Shown in pieces: positions 49,586 through 50,961 of a stretch of DNA of 50,961 nucleotides. Positions within the stretch are counted from its first letter, which is position 1, and each line of letters begins with the position of its first letter. The notes beneath the pieces were generated by a model. It made no database searches, had not been told where the DNA came from, and saw nothing but the letters and a program-made list of their open reading frames with translations. The DNA is from Coleofasciculus chthonoplastes F2-STO-03. Its GTDB lineage: Bacteria > Cyanobacteriota > Cyanobacteriia > Cyanobacteriales > Coleofasciculaceae. Where the stretch lies: contig JAVJWO010000181.1 in assembly GCA_040222015.1 (NCBI GenBank), forward strand, positions 1 to 50,961, given 5' to 3'. The translations under genes and the position numbers were made by a program.

Positions 49586-50961
49586 ATGACCACACTCAAT
49601 TTTGCTTCCGACAAAAAATTCTCCACCGGGGATGGTTCGCTTGCCGTTGGTATCGGAGACTATAACGGCGATGGACATCTGGACTTAGCTGTTGTTAACT
49701 ATTTGGCTAACAATGTTGCCATTCTTTTAGGCGATGGTACGGGAAACTTTGGTACCGCTCCCTCATTGAAAGTAGGAACTAAACCCTACTATGTTGCTGT
49801 AGCGGACTTTAACGCTGATGGCAACTTGGACTTGGCAGTATCTAACTACGACTCGAACAACGTCTCGGTGCTGTTGGGAAATGGGACTGGGGGGTTTAGT
49901 TCGGCGACGAACTTTGCCGTGGGGACTAAACCCCTTCAAATTGCTGTAGCCGACTTCAATGGGGATGGGAAACCTGACTTAGCGGTGGGCAACAATGGGT
50001 CTCACAATGTTTCTGTATTGTTGGGGAATGGGTCAGGTGGCTTTAGCAGTGCAACCAATTTTGCCGCAGGGGGAACGAATCCCGCAACGATTATCGCTGC
50101 CGATTTTAATGGCGATGGAAACCAGGATGTAGTTGTCAGACTTTGGAACGAGAAGAAAGTCGCTGTACTTTTGGGAAATGGAACAGGTGGTTTGGGTAAT
50201 CCAACTAAGTTTGCTACGGGGACGAATCCCAATGGTTTAGCGGTAGAAGATTTTAACCAGGATGGGAACATCGACCTAGCGGTAGCCAACCACGTTTCCA
50301 ACAACGTCTCTGTGCTATTGGGCAATGGGTCAGGTGGGTTTGGGGAAACTACCAACTTTGCCGTAGGGACTGGTCCTTCTTGGCGGATTAGCGCCGCTGA
50401 TTTCAATGGTGATGGAAATCCGGATATCGCTGTACCCAACCACGACTCTGATAATGTTTCAATACTATTAGGCAATGGTAGTGGTGGCTTCAGCAATGCT
50501 ACCCACTTCGGGGTGGGAGATACACCTTATGGCATCGCAGTAGGAGATTTTAACGAAGATGGTAAACCCGATTTTGTCGTAGCCAACATTAACTCAGATA
50601 ACATATCCTTACGCCTCAACACGACCAACTTCCCACCTGTCGCGAATAACGATACCTTCACCACAACTGAAGATACCCCGATTTCCCTCAATCTCCTCGC
50701 CAATGACAGTGATTTAGACACCAGCGACACTCTCACGATTAGCGCTGTCGATACCACCAATACTCAAGGAACCGTCCAAATTAATTCAGATAACACCGTT
50801 ACCTACACTCCCGCCACCGCATTTCAATCCCTCGGTGTGGGTGAAAGTATAACTGACCAATTTACCTATACCCTGGATGATGGCAATAACCAAACCGCTA
50901 CCGCAATAGTTTCTGTAACGGTTAACGGCATCAATGATAATCCCATCGCCAACAACGATAC
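49586..50961 (+). CDS. FG-GAP (VCBS) repeat beta-propeller plus cadherin/Ig-like domain surface protein, runs off the window end
   Basis: Manual translation MTTLNFASDKKFSTG... gives seven D(F/Y)N.DG..D repeats followed by PVANNDTFTT.ED and NDNPIANND. No stop occurs before the window end. Confidence 0.9.
   Translation, partial: MTTLNFASDKKFSTGDGSLAVGIGDYNGDGHLDLAVVNYLANNVAILLGDGTGNFGTAPSLKVGTKPYYVAVADFNADGNLDLAVSNYDSNNVSVLLGNGTGGFSSATNFAVGTKPLQIAVADFNGDGKPDLAVGNNGSHNVSVLLGNGSGGFSSATNFAAGGTNPATIIAADFNGDGNQDVVVRLWNEKKVAVLLGNGTGGLGNPTKFATGTNPNGLAVEDFNQDGNIDLAVANHVSNNVSVLLGNGSGGFGETTNFAVGTGPSWRISAADFNGDGNPDIAVPNHDSDNVSILLGNGSGGFSNATHFGVGDTPYGIAVGDFNEDGKPDFVVANINSDNISLRLNTTNFPPVANNDTFTTTEDTPISLNLLANDSDLDTSDTLTISAVDTTNTQGTVQINSDNTVTYTPATAFQSLGVGESITDQFTYTLDDGNNQTATAIVSVTVNGINDNPIANND

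Noticed and set aside
50002..50760. Minus-strand ORFs of 164 and 77 aa
   Set aside because: They are antisense shadows of the FG-GAP gene, which the track missed because it has no stop in the window.

Overview
Chromosomal window from a filamentous cyanobacterium. The evidence is abundant HIP1 GCGATCGC octamers, heptamer STRRs, GTAG-type palindromic repeats, psbY and ndhN; the repeat style suggests Coleofasciculus/Oscillatoriales, which is inference only. About 35 CDSs are present: housekeeping and photosynthesis genes (psbY, ndhN, ycf20, gamma-CA family, glycerate kinase), two sensor kinases (one a knotless GAF-PHY phytochrome), an M16 peptidase, a P-loop ATPase plus TPR pair, tandem Uma2 genes, a decayed DUF433/PIN toxin-antitoxin pair and a truncated FG-GAP surface protein. 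The strongest candidate for an undescribed system is a SynDLP-type dynamin gene followed by three highly divergent KGK-domain genes and an HNH nuclease (23.3-28.2 kb). The KGK genes share near-identical 3' tails and repeated spacers, like a variable cassette array. Other notable structures are a nine-unit ~108-bp palindromic repeat array (48.3-49.4 kb), two REP-like repeats translated in frame inside the M16 peptidase, a transposase-less IS200/IS605-type remnant and nested MITEs. No rRNA, tRNA, true CRISPR array or intact transposase was seen. All product calls come from motif recognition by eye, with no database search.
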